From positions 313,924 to 377,923 of the forward strand of contig JAAOMT010000222.1 of NCBI GenBank assembly GCA_016748015.1: a DNA stretch of 64,000 nt. Direction: 5' to 3'. The position numbers were made by a program, and so were the translations under genes. This stretch comes from Geosiphon pyriformis uo1. Its lineage: Eukaryota; Fungi; Glomeromycota. Below are positions 1 to 12,728 of this stretch, one piece after another (position 1 is the stretch's first letter; each line of letters begins with the position of its first letter). Under the pieces are notes generated by a model, which was given only the letters and a program-made list of their open reading frames with translations, was not told the DNA's origin and did not search any database.

Positions 1-52
1 GTTACGGGTTTTGTTATTTGATTTGAGACCCCAAATAGTTACTTATAACATT

Positions 53-69
53 TGGTGCTCTCTGTGAGG
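53..69 (+). promoter_or_regulatory. Primer-binding site of A1 (TGGTGCTCTCTGTGAGG)
   Basis: Starts TGG 2 nt after the LTR end. Complement reads CCUCACAGAGAGCACCA, resembling the 3' end of eukaryotic elongator tRNA-Met. Confidence 0.85.
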
Positions 70-112
70 TATAATCTTACAGAGAACCAGCACCAACAAC
101 AATCATCCAAAA

Positions 113-2100
113 ATGGCAGAATCAGAAATCATAGGAGCAAACCATTTAGAATTCACCAAATCTTTGTTTCAATAGTACAGCCAACAATTAGGATTAAACA
201 ATAACTATTTTCCAGCAGAATCAGCTTTTAACTTTTATGTCAATGATAAAATCACAGATTGCTTAAAAGAAACAGTTAACATTAAATCTGCAAGAGAAAA
301 TTTTTATACAGAATTGTTTTAACATACCAGCTTACCAAGAAACTACAGTTTTGCACCAATCATCAGGGAAATCAATCAAACCATTGAAAGATACACCCAA
401 CAACAATTCTCCATTACCTATGCAGACAAAGGCAAGAGAAGATTGCAAACACCAGTGGTAACACCAAAACAGATACAACCACCTACTTGAAAGAAAACCA
501 GAAATGAATTACCAACCAATCCATCATATTATTATACACCCAGAAGTGCCATTAATATCTCCTCAGCAAATGCATCTACATTAAACATAACATCAATCTT
601 TAAACAATTCCCATTTTAAAGTAAACAAAGAAGAGCAGAGTTGTTAAGACCATATAATAAATATTTTGAAAGATTTAAATTGTGATCACCAATGCCATCA
701 AGATTTCGATCACCACTACTTTAACTAGACTTCAGAACCACAAGTCCGTGGAAAGTAATAGAATTAGAAAAAAAAGAAAGTAAGAAACAAGAATTTACTT
801 ACCAAAATCTGATCCTAGAAAATCCAGAAGTTAAAACTCTGAACATTCAAATCCAACAAACTCAAAACAATTCAAACCCCAAAACAATTAATCAGCAAAA
901 CTTACTTCCAGTAATTATTATTAATTAGCCACCAATTGAACTAATTATTGAACTGATTCAACAGCAGCCACTTCAGCAACTTATTCAACCCCTTTAACAA
1001 TTCCAGCAGTTGCTTTCACAGCTACAATAACAACTTCTACCACTACACCAATAACTGTACTAATAGCTTATACTCCAATAGCTAAACTCAAAAAATTCAT
1101 TGGTAAAGAAGACAATGCCCAAATATGGCTGAACAATATGGAAAAAGCCATCATAGCTAATGGATGAAATGATGCCAAAGTCATGTAAGCCATCTCTTAT
1201 TTCCTCCAAGATACTGCCAACTCATAATATCAAAGCTTAGCCAATAAACCACAGAATTTTAATGCATTCAAGTTTGCATTCTTACAATACTTCAGCAATA
1301 ATAATAATATTAATTGCCTAGCAAATACTTTTACTACCATCAAACAAAAAGAAAATAAAGCAGTTACCACTTACTTAAGATGCTTCTATAGAAATCTGTG
1401 CCAAATTCAGGCCATACAAGCTGATTATTTTACAGCACCACAAATTCTGAATCAATTTATTAGAGGACTGCACAGTAGCATCCTCTAACACATGTGTCCA
1501 ATGCATCCAACAGACCTTTAAGCCACAATTACAAATGCCAGAGATTTTGAAGCAGCTGAACTCAAAGCAAACCATGTCCAAGCCATAAATTTAGTGATGA
1601 ATGAATCATCTGACTTGGATTCTAAATTGAAGCAACTCAGTGACTCAATTAATCAGAAATTAGAGGGATATTTAGTTGACAATCATGCAATTTATCAATC
1701 ACCAATAATTCAGGAAACACAAATCATTTCCAAAATCAATTGCATCTATCATTATCATCCAATTAGCCATGGCAGCCAGAGACACAAATCTGCCACAACT
1801 GTGATAAACAAGATCATATTAGAGCTAACTACTATTCTTATAGTAATTCATGATCAGAAAATCAATATCAAAACCCCAATCACAAAGTTCAAATCCTGAA
1901 TTATTACTCAAATCAAGAACAATATCAGCCCACTTACCTGTTAATAATGCAACAGGCAATATATCAACCACCTATATATTAACCTCCAGTTTATTAACTA
2001 CAGTCACAAGTAATATATCAACTACTGCAGCCACAAATAATTATCAGATACTCATAGTTCAAACACTACCATCAAATCCAGCTCAGATAATATCAAGAAA
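113..2100 (+). pseudogene. gag: gag of A1: long N-terminal extension, capsid-like domain (~1062-1580), CCHC zinc knuckle (~1791-1832), Q/P-rich tail
   Basis: Manual translation across stops: AYTPIAKLKKFIGKEDNAQIWLNNMEKAIIANG.NDAK...QILNQFIRGL; knuckle CHNCDKQDHIRANY (decayed CX2CX4HX4C). End coordinate approximate. Confidence 0.85.
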
Positions 2101-2429
2101 CTCTAGATTAAGAGTCATACAAAATTGGAGATTGGCGATAGTTGTTCACCAACTAATCTCCAGCTCTTCTACACAACAATTAGGATTACATTCTCAGAAT
2201 TCGGGAACTGGGCACACCCAAAACCTGAATTCCCAACATTATTTAAGTCTTTTGGTTACCCCAGAGAACACCCAACCCAATAACCCGAAAGCCAATCAAC
2301 AATCAACACTTACCAGCTACATTCTATCAGTTACTATTACCGAAAATAAATCACTAGACCCATCTTCCTGTTTGAATTCAAGAAACTGTTAACCACACTA
2401 TTGTTTAGTAGAGCCACTCTTGAAAAAAA

Positions 2430-2815
2430 ACCTATTACTGCCATGTACACAAATGCCAAAGTTGATAGCCACTCTATCAAACTGATCTTAGACAGTGAAT
2501 CAACTGGCAGCATTATTACAAGACAACTTATAGACCAATTAGGTTACTAAGTTGATTGAGCTGCTAGCACATGAATTATCATTGCTGATGGAGTAACCAA
2601 AACTTTGATCAGTAAGATTAATAACTTCTCTATAGAAGTCAATAGCATCATCATGTCAATTAAGATATTAGACATGAAAGCCACTTAATATCAAGCACTC
2701 ATTAACAATGACTGGCTGTCTAAAACCAATGTGATACTTGATTGAAATATGCAGAAGCTTCAACTTAGCCAGAACAGTCAACATACACACATACCAGCCA
2801 CATGTGGTTATTTTA
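2430..2815 (+). pseudogene. Retropepsin (aspartic protease) of A1
   Basis: IKLILDSESTGSIIT (D-S-G decayed to DSE) at ~2476-2520 and ALINNDWL (LLGxDWL-type) at ~2695-2718. Confidence 0.88.
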
Positions 2816-4059
2816 AGACCACTAACATGCCAGCACCACTCATTGAGTTCGAAAAAAAAGAAAAGAAACCTACTTGGGAAGCCTATCAAGTGTCATGGGC
2901 TGAAGAAGACCACAATAAGCTACTGCCAATACTCTCTTGAGATGACAATAAAAAATAAAAAAAAAAAAACTTACCTGGAATGCTGACCAAGCTTAGAGAA
3001 CTGACAATGACCTGGACAACTTATCAACTTGGAAGTGGGAAGAGACTGACAAGGGAAAAGGAAAAGAAAAGAAAGAAAAAACAACACCTACTAGCACCAC
3101 TTATAATTATTACACTCACACTACACTACAACAATCTATCTATTATTGATCAAAGCTTATATGTGTTAATTACGGCAAGAAATTGTCATCAATGGGTGCA
3201 TGCTGTAGTGACAATGAAGAATACCAAATGGCAACCAAGTTCTATTGTCACCCATGCATTGTAGAATGCTTTGGATGACCAAAACAACAGGAAAAGTGGG
3301 ACAACAAATCATGTCTTACATGTGGAACTATTTTGTCTGATGAAGAAATGTGGAATAACATTTCTGGGCATAGAAGAATATGCAATGAAATGTGTCAGTA
3401 TACGATCCTAATCAACAACTAGGTATGCAAGGGAACACCAATCGACAATATTTGGAAATAAGTGTTGTGATAATTGAAAGGATATCTTTATGACAAACAT
3501 GAACTCTGAAAAATGATCAGTGCAAAAGTAGAAAGCATAACAACCAGTGAACTATTAGAAATCAAAAACAATCCTTTATCTCTTCCTGAACCCAAATACA
3601 TCCAAACTTTCAATATCTTTGGCAACATTAAGGATAATCCGGAAGAATTCCATAAACATTACCAGTAATTAGCACTCACTAGAGAAGAACAAAAGCAGTG
3701 TTTGGAGCAGTTGAATACTCAATTATGTCAATATTGCTTAATTCCCTGTGACTTTCAATAATATAATAAGTGTAATCTTATTTACAATCCACCAATCCAC
3801 ATGATCTACACGATTCCAGAGGAAAACGAACCAATCAACAACTGTGCATCAGAATCGGAATCAGTTTTCAATCCCGATTCAAACTCTGACAATGACAATG
3901 ACAAAAATAATGGTTCCAGCTCCGTTCAAAATGACCATGAAAATTATAATAATTCAAACTCTGATTCAAACCCTGAAACATACATTGTGCTCCCTGATCT
4001 CTCTAAAGAGCAGAAACTCAGATGGTTCAGTGATAATAATGAAGGTATTATGTTAGAAT

Positions 4060-4445
4060 ATGCCATAATACCAATGCAGGGTTTGATCTGAGATATCTGG
4101 GAAAAAATTCCATCAAATTAGAATCCCATTTGCACACCTGCATTGATCTCAAAATAGCACTGGAAATTTCAGCAACAACAATGATTCAGTTAGCATTTAG
4201 GAGTAGCTTAGCCAAAAAGGGAATCAACATTAAGGGAGAAATAATTGATACAGGATATGTAAAAAATATCATTGCTATGCTACAAAATGACTCAAAAAAG
4301 ACATATACCATAGATTTAAATGAAAAAATAACACAGGCAATATTCCTGCTTCTAGTTAAAATAGCTCAGTTAGTATTAGTAAGAAACAGGGAAAAATTAG
4401 GGATAACAATAAGAGGGATACAAGGATTTGGATTAATGGATAGAA
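4060..4445 (+). pseudogene. dUTPase domain inside pol of A1
   Basis: All five trimeric dUTPase motifs in one frame: AGFDL (4076), RSSLAKKG, GEIIDTGYVKNI (G-x-ID-x-GY), EKITQ, RGIQGFG. Confidence 0.9.
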
Positions 4446-4918
4446 TAGATATACCAGTCAATATGGCAAAAGAAAAGATTATTGACAAGGGAGAAATTAT
4501 CTCTACCCATCAACCAATTTCTATTCCACTATATAATAAGTACATGGTCATAATAGAAAGAAAAATGAAAGATCAGATTCAGATTTTTGAGGCAGAAGCA
4601 AAACTTTGTAAATCAGGAAAAATTGGATTAGTCAATTTATATATACCAACTAAAAACCACAGTCACATCAAAATTTCTATTTACAACAACACAGAAGATA
4701 TTATCAAGATACCAGAAGGAATTACTATTGGACATTTAACCACTAAAATTGAAGATCAACTGTCAGACACTATTTCAGATTTTCTACAACTGTGTGGATA
4801 TGTGGATATTATATTACAAACAATTTACAGATGAAAAAAATGTTATTTGCTCTAACCAGAACAATTGAAACAGATGAACTTGAGAAACTTAGACCCACTT
4901 TAACAGATACAACTCAAG

Positions 4919-7681
4919 ATGTTATTCAACAATTTCAATGACATTTTTACCAGCAAAAACAAATTTGGCAGAACTGATATAATCCAGCACCAGATTAAGA
5001 CTGGAGATACGATGCCAATTAAACAAAGAGCATACAGAGTACCACCAGCCAGCCATGAGATCATTTGTCAAGAAATCAACTGGATGCTTGACAATGGGCT
5101 AATTCAGCCATCAATGAGTTTATGGTCATTACCAGTGGTATTAGTTCAGAAGAAGAATGGAAAGATCCATTTTTGTGTAGATTATCAGAAACTAAATAAA
5201 GTAACTAAAAATAATAGCTATTTAATTCCAAAGATCCAAGAACTGTTTGATGCTTTTAGAGAAAAAAAATGGTTCTCAACTTTAGACTTAGACAGTGGTT
5301 ACTGGCAAGTAGCCATGAAACCAGAAGACAAAGAAAAAATGGCTTTTACAACATGAGAAAGAAATTTTGAATTTGAAGTGATACTATTTGGCTTGATGAA
5401 TGCTCCAGCAACATTTCAATGGCTCATGGAAATTGTCTATACTGAACTACTGTAGAAATTCATAGTTGTTTATTTAGACAACACAAATGTGTTCTCCAAA
5501 ACATTTAATAACTATTTACATCATCTTTAACAAGTGTTTGAAAAGTTGAAAAAAGCAAGATTGAAGTTAAATACAAACAAATGTTTCTTTGGAAAAACAA
5601 AACTCAAGTTTTTGGAACATATTGTAAGCAAAAATGGTATCAAAACAGATCCAGACAAGATTGCAATAGTAAAAAACTTTCTAGTACCAACCAACTTGAT
5701 GGAACTAAGAGTATTTTTGGGATTTGCAGACTATTATTGCTGTTTTATCAAAGACTTTTCTAAACTGGTTCAGCCACTTCATCATTTACAAACTAAGAAT
5801 ATAAAGTATGAATGGACAGAAACTCAACAAAAAGCATTCAACACACTGAGAAGAAAGCTTATTCAAGCTCTAGTGTTGATGTATCCAGATCACAGCAAAC
5901 TATTTATCATTACTACCAATATATCAGGCCAAACATTGAGAGCAGTACTATCACAGAAAAGACCAAATGGAAGAGAACATCTAGTAGCATATGTCAGTAA
6001 AAGCTTAAATCCAGCTGAAAAAAACTATAGAACTTCAGCATTGGAATACTTAGCTATCTATTAGGCTGTTATCAAATAGAAAAAATACTTGAGTTAAACG
6101 TTTGATGTGTACACTGATCACAAAGAATTAACTTCAATCCAGAAGCAAAAATTTGGAAATGATCATTATGCAAGATAGAAAATAGCACTATTACTATATA
6201 CATTTACAGTACATTATAAAAAAAGAAAAAACAATAAAAATGCCAATGGTTTGTCATGAATGAGACAAATCTAAAAACATTTCAACCCAAAAATAAAACA
6301 AAACATAAATATACAAAAATACTAACAACTTCAATATTATATAAATACCCAATTGTTCAAGGAGAAATTATCTCAAAGAGAACAAAACAACATAAAACAA
6401 CAATCAAAATATTTTATCAGTCATTAAAATATACTTTACTAGAAAAACAGAAAGAATTCAGATCAACCAATCAGAGTAATCACAGAACCAGAGAAAGAAA
6501 CAATATTGTTTAATATGTACTCAGATCCAACAACAGGATGTTTTTATAAAGAAGCAACAATAGAAAGAACCAGAAAAAAATACTATTGGCCATCAATATA
6601 TCCAAACATTATCTAATATGTTCGAAATTGTGATGCTTGTCAGAAAAAAAGAAAAACAAAACCCAATAAACCATTGAGACCAATCAAAGTAGAACAACCA
6701 TTCGATCACATTGGAATTGACTTAGTCAAATCATTAACAATCACCAGCAGAGGGAACAGATATATTGCAGTAGCCATGGATTATCTCACAAAATGGCCAG
6801 AAGCAAAAGCCATTTAAAAAGCAGATGCAGAATCTGTTGCCAAATTTGTTCATCAAGACTTGATCTGTTAACATAGATGTCTAAAAGAATTGTTATTGGA
6901 TCAAGGAACTCACTTTGTGAATAGAACATTAACAGAATTGAGTCAAAGATTTGGGATAAAAAGACCATTATCATCACCATACTATCTACAAACAAATGGA
7001 CTAGTTAAAAGGTTTAACAGAACATTGTGTAAAGCCATTACCAAAATTAGCCAAGAAAACCAGAATAAATGGGATTTGATTATATCATCAGTATTATTTG
7101 CTTATTGAACAATGAAGCAAGACACAACACAAGCAATACCATTTGAATTAGTATACAGTAGAATAGCAATATTACCAGTTGAGATAGAAGTCAAAACATA
7201 TCCAACAGAACTAATAACAGAAGAAAATTTTCAAAGAATATTGTTAAGAAGAACATATGACTTAATGAAGACACTAGAAAACATATGGCAAAAAGCAGCT
7301 GATAACATCCAAAAGTTACAAAAAAAACAAAAAAAAAGACATGATAACCAATTACCAAAGAAACCAGTTGAATTCAAGATTGGAGACAAAATACTTCTAC
7401 ATCATATGAAAATAGAAAAACAATAGAGTAGAAAATTTGACCCCAAATGGGACAGACCATTTCACATAGAAGAAATTCTTGGAAATAGAGCTTATAAATT
7501 AAGATTGAACAACAAAATCTTAACCAAAGCAGCACATAGTAATTGACTGAAACAATATTACTATATAGCATTATTATCTATTAATAATATTCCACAATTA
7601 GAAGTACAGAGAATACTAGTTAAACCAGATGAGATTCCACGAAATCTAAAACCAATTATAATCATTAAACCAAACATGTAA
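4919..7681 (+). pseudogene. pol: RT - RNase H - integrase (with GPF/Y module) of A1
   Basis: FCVDYQKLN, FSTLDLDSGYWQ, YLDN (YxDD decayed, ~5471), YVSKSL..AEKNY, QPFDHIGID, YLQTNGLVKRFNRTL, FKIGDKILL...KWDRPF. No chromodomain seen. Confidence 0.93.
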
Positions 7682-7806
7682 AATTGAACAACCAAAAAAG
7701 TATATAAAGACATGATATATGTAACAAAAGACAGCAGAAAATAAAAATTACTGACAGTATTCACTCACTAGCACAACAATTCTTTTAATTAATACAACAA
7801 CAAGAG

Positions 7807-8367
7807 ATGGAAATTACAATCAACCAACAAACTTTCAGATACATAAACACCAGGAAAAAAACACAAGATAAAACACAAAAAACAGAAAACACTGTTGACA
7901 AAATAATCGCAAAAGTGAAACTGACAATAGAAACACAACCAAAAGTAACCCAATATCAAACATTGATGATAGAAACTTGGAATTGGTGGATACAACAATT
8001 TCCAAGAAACTTTTGTTACTTTTATTTGGGACAACACTTGAACATCCAAAGCTTATATACAGATAAAACAAAATGATTATTTGACACAACAACATTGCAA
8101 CAACTGGAACAATTTGTGGGGAAAAACAATTTGATTACACAAGTAAGAGCCATTTATTAGCTACACACTGGATTTCAAAATCGACCAGAAATCTTACTCA
8201 ATCCAAAAATGAATTTTGTTACTATTAACCAAATGAAAAAAATAATAAATGCTCAATTTAAAGAATTACAAAACAAGATAGCACAAGTAATTCTTGAAAA
8301 AAAAGTTCAAGAAATACTCAAAGACAGAGAATTAAAATTAGGAGATCTCGACAGAGCTCAATATTAA
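7807..8367 (+). pseudogene. Family A ORF3, ~186 aa, unknown function
   Basis: Single frame from ATG 7807 to TAA 8365-8367 with two internal stops (TGA, TAG) explainable by C>T. Homologous frames at ~13635-13920 and 46264-46478. Confidence 0.75.
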
Positions 8368-8381
8368 AGAGGAGAGAATAA

Positions 8382-9208
8382 TGTTACTCATAGAATATAG
8401 AAAATATATTAACATATAAATTAGCAAATTAGAAGTAGCTATAGTAAATATGAAATTCCAAAATTCTTCTTAAAGAAATTGCAGAATTTCAGAAATTTTA
8501 GGATTCTTGTACAAGGAATTGCAGGATTCCAGAATTCCAGGATTCCTCTCAAAAAAATTGCAGAATTCTAGGAATTCCAGAATTCCTGGTATAAAAAATT
8601 GAGGATTTGAGGAATTTCAATTATGTATATTAATAGAATTAGAAGTAGAAAAAACAGACCTCTCAGTTTAGATTTGATTAAACACAATCTTCTACATCAC
8701 AAATATCAAATAAATAATTATTTGCTATCTTAATTCACTCTCACTATTAACACTTCATGTTGATAATAATTGATACTTAACACTACTGGAACAATAGCTC
8801 TTGATCATGACTATTGATAGGATACTAATACACAAATTGTCTTGGCTTATTTCTTTTATTTTTTTTGTTATTTTCTTTGGATTTACTAATTGATTAAAAA
8901 TTAAGTGCTGAATTATTAATGTCAAAAATTGCCTGGTAAAAAACCCCTGCAAGTAGGTAAAGCATGTAAAAAATATGGATTACTTACCAGAGGATTGCCG
9001 GCCATCAAGCTGAAGAAAAAAATTAACAGAATTGCAATTCTGGAAAGCTACGGATAAACAACTATTGAATCTCTGTCCATTATACAAAGAACTCAACAAA
9101 AACTTTCAGATAATAATATCTTCAGATTTATTATTGCAAATAAGCTTTTAAGCACTAAATTATGGGTTTTGTTATTTGATTTGAGACCCCAAATAGTTAC
9201 TTGTAACA
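8382..9208 (+). repeat. 3' LTR of A1
   Basis: TGTTAC...GTAACA termini, preceded by PPT AAAGAGGAGAGAA. Contains a GGAATTCCAG-type array and a TATA-like motif. Homologous to 45325-46265, 46493-47446 and 47982-48851. Confidence 0.93.
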
Positions 9209-12200
9209 ATGACATAATAGTATACTTAAAAACCTGAGATGAATATCTTAAAAATTTGCAAAAGATTTTTGATTTTCTTAAAAATGCTGGCCTCAAGATA
9301 AACTTAATCAAATTTTTTTTTGAATGACAATCCACCCAGTTTTTTGGTCATCTTATTACAAAAAATGTAATCTTCTCTGAACTATGCTCTTTCATTGTTT
9401 TGGCCTTTTACCATTACAAATTTATCAAGAATTTCTCCAAAATTGCTTTTCTTCTCAATCAACTACTCAGAAAAAATGTCAATTATCACTGGAGTATTCA
9501 TTAACAAAAAGCTTTTGAAACTTTGAAGGAAAAACTTGTTACTAAACCAATCCTTAAACAACCTGATTTGGATCAATTTTTTATCCTACACACTAATACA
9601 TCTGGCTATAGACTTGGTACTATTCTTTCACAGAAAGATAAAAATGACAAAAAACATGCTATAGCATATGTCAGTAAAACTCTTACACCAGCAGAAAAAA
9701 ACCATTTAGTTACTAAACAAGAATGCTTAGCAGTAGTTTGGACTACTAATTACTGAGACCAATATTTTCTTGGTGTGAAATTTCTAATAGTAACAAATCA
9801 TCAAGTCTTGGTTTGGCTGCACAATAAAAAAAAGCTAGAACACAAATAAATAACTCATTAAATACTTTATCTGGATGAATTTGACTATGATATTCAACAC
9901 CACAAAGAAGCAAATTATTAAAACACCAATGCTTTTTTTAGACTTACTCTCCAGTGATAGTACAACTTTTTAACCAAACCAACTTAATTATTAGTAATAC
10001 TTTTATTAACAAACACAATAATAGACTTGGATAACTACTTTGTCTTAATAGAATTTTTGGGTAAAGAACAATACCCACTAGAATACACTTGACAGTAAAA
10101 AAACAATTGCACAAACAATCAAATTTCTATTTGATTTGCCAGAACCAACTATATAAAAAAAATAGAAAAAATCCTAACCACTCCCAGAGAGTTATTAGAT
10201 TTGAAAAAAAAGAAATTGTAATATACAACATGCATACTGATCCATTAGCTGGACACTTTAGAAAAACAAAAACAATTCAGAAAACTTTAGCTTACTATTA
10301 TTGGCCTACTTTAGAAAAAAACATTGCTAAGTACATTAAAACCTGTAATATCTGCCAAAAAAAAAGCAAACCCAACTGGAAAGAAGATATCCATCTAATC
10401 TCTGTTGGTCAACCATTTAACAGAATTGGTATAGATGTTATTGGACCTTTAACAATAACTCCTGATGGAAATAAATATATTATTACAACTACTAACTATC
10501 TTACAAAGTGGGTAGAAGCAAAAGCCATTTCAAACCAAACAGCAATTTCAATAACCAACTTCATATATGAAAATATTATCTGTTATTATAGCTGCTCTAA
10601 AGAACTTTTATCTGATAGAGGAAGAGCTTTTTTTAGTATACTGGTTGAAGAACTTTACAGAAAAATGGGAATATGTCATAAACTTTTCTTTCCTTATTAT
10701 CCTTAAACAAATAGTCTAGTAAAACATTTCAATAAAACATTATGTAAAACCTTAGCCAAAACCAGTAAAGAAACAAATTTATGGAACAAAGTACTGTCTT
10801 TAGCTTTGTTTGCTTATAAAACTGTAAATTATAACATAACAAGTTATGAATCTTTTTATTTGCTCTATGGATACATAATAATACTATTAATAGAAACTGA
10901 TATTAAAACAATACTCTTTAAAGAAATTACAATAGAAAATTATAAAAACATTTTGCAAAAAAGACTTGGTACCATTTTTGACTCCTTGATAAAAACACAA
11001 ATAATTGTTTTTGAAAAGATAAAACAGTTTTAAAAAAAGCTTAAGAAGAAAAAAACCTATAAAACACTTTCCTTAAGTGTTGGTAACTTAGTATTAGAAT
11101 ACTGTTTAAACAAAAACAATGTTTATGGTAATAAATTCTCTAGCCAGTGGAAAAAACTCTTTTTAGTCAACAAAGTTTTGAACAATAGTTCTTATATTCT
11201 TTAAGATCAATTCAGAACAATCTTCAATAATCATTCTGTTTATGATATACAGTTCAAGAAATATCATAAACAACCTAATTGGTTGTCTGTTATGATAATA
11301 CCAGCTTAAATGATTAGCAAAAATCAAGTATAAATAAATGCATCATTCTTAAAACAGAGGTATTTTCAATTGACATGAATAATTATTTCCTGGATCAAAA
11401 CATTCAAAATACTTTCTATATTTTCCATAAGTATTAGATCAAAAACTATTCAAATACTATTCTGACCATTGAAAAACAAATCATCATAACTGATAACAGT
11501 GGAATACATACTGTTATCAGACTTAAGAAAACTACTACCAGAAAAGAAAGAATTGGTAGCAAAATAGATAAATATCTATTGAAAAGTATAACAGCAGCTA
11601 TATTTCTACCTTCTAGTATAATTAGAAAAACACACCAAGAAATCTTGCTCATAGACAAAAACTTGTCATATGAAAAATAATTAGAATTCTATGTTTGTCT
11701 TAGTAAAATCATAGAAAACATGAAACTAATAAAGAAAACAACTTCAGAAATACAGGCAGAAATTTTGGACATTATATGGTTAGATGTCCCAAGAGTTTTA
11801 ACTATTGCTAAAAAAGCCAAAACTCTAATATAAAGATTTGGTCTCTTAAATACAAAACTTATTTCACCTCAAATATTATACATCTTATCTACTAAAGACT
11901 TTAATAAACTAGTTAGCTTTGAATTAGACAAAACTCTTCAAATAGATTATCCTATAAATAATTTGATTTTACTAGAGCTCAATCTTTTTGAAGAGAATAA
12001 TGTTATAATTGAAATCCATACTTTTTATTAGTTATCACATATATTAGCCACTGATATTATATAATTAGCCATTCTATTTTTAGATAATAATTATTGATCT
12101 GATTAATAACCTAACTGTTGATCTGATCAATAATCTAATCATTGATCTGATTATTGATTTGATTATTAATCAAGTCATTGACCTAATTATTGACTACTTT

Positions 12201-12728
12201 TGATAGCTATATAAACAATGAATCTTTTAGCTATAGAAAAACATGTCAGAAATTAAGAAAATAAAATAAATAAAATAACAACTTTCATTTCAATCCTTCT
12301 TTTATTGCTAAATTCTTTTTTTCTACTTTCAAGTATTCAAACATCTTGGGATAAAAGATTACTTGTTGGTTATTTTCTATCTTTTTCCTAAAACGTGTAA
12401 TTATAGTATTTGAAAATTATTGAATAAAACATAATTGAAGAGTACATCTAATACCTAATATTGAATTTTAAGAGCACCAATGTAAGGCATAGAATTATAC
12501 CAGTGTGTAATTATTTGTTAACAGTATGGACTATTTTTCTACCTTCAGATTCTTCAATTATTTTTTGAAAAGTATAGTGACTGAGATATTTTATGAGACT
12601 GATCTTACATATTGAATTTATACTTATTTAATTTATTCTTTAAAGTTGAATTTTCTTTGATTTCTTTCATTATCCTACAATTTTATTTTCCCTTGCTATC
12701 TATTAGCTTGTTACTTTAACCTGTAACA
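9209..12728 (+). mobile_element. Ty3/gypsy family B copy B1, 3' half (RT C-terminus, RNase H, IN, ORF3 11375-12031, 3' LTR 12001-12728)
   Basis: Begins ATGACATAATAGTATAC, i.e. inside the YLDD codons of family-B RT (cf. 36475-36495). Colinear with B4 36475-39977 except a short deletion near 9380. Confidence 0.93.

Larger units (their letters stand above)
1..9208 (+). mobile_element. Ty3/gypsy LTR retrotransposon, family A, copy A1 (5' LTR cut by window edge; degenerate)
   Basis: 1-50 matches the end of the 3' LTR (9159-9208, ...CCCCAAATAGTTACTT(A/G)TAACA). PBS at 53, then gag-PR-dUTPase-RT-RNaseH-IN order, PPT, and a TG...CA LTR at 8382-9208. Many in-frame stops. Confidence 0.95.

Noticed and set aside
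7807-8367. ORF3 as an envelope gene
   Set aside because: Too short, with no signal peptide, furin site or transmembrane anchor.
8451-8615. GAATTC-rich array as heat-shock elements or a CRISPR-like array
   Set aside because: Spacing is mostly GAA-TTC or TTC-N3-GAA rather than three nGAAn units in register, and there are no unique spacers. It is an LTR U3 minisatellite.
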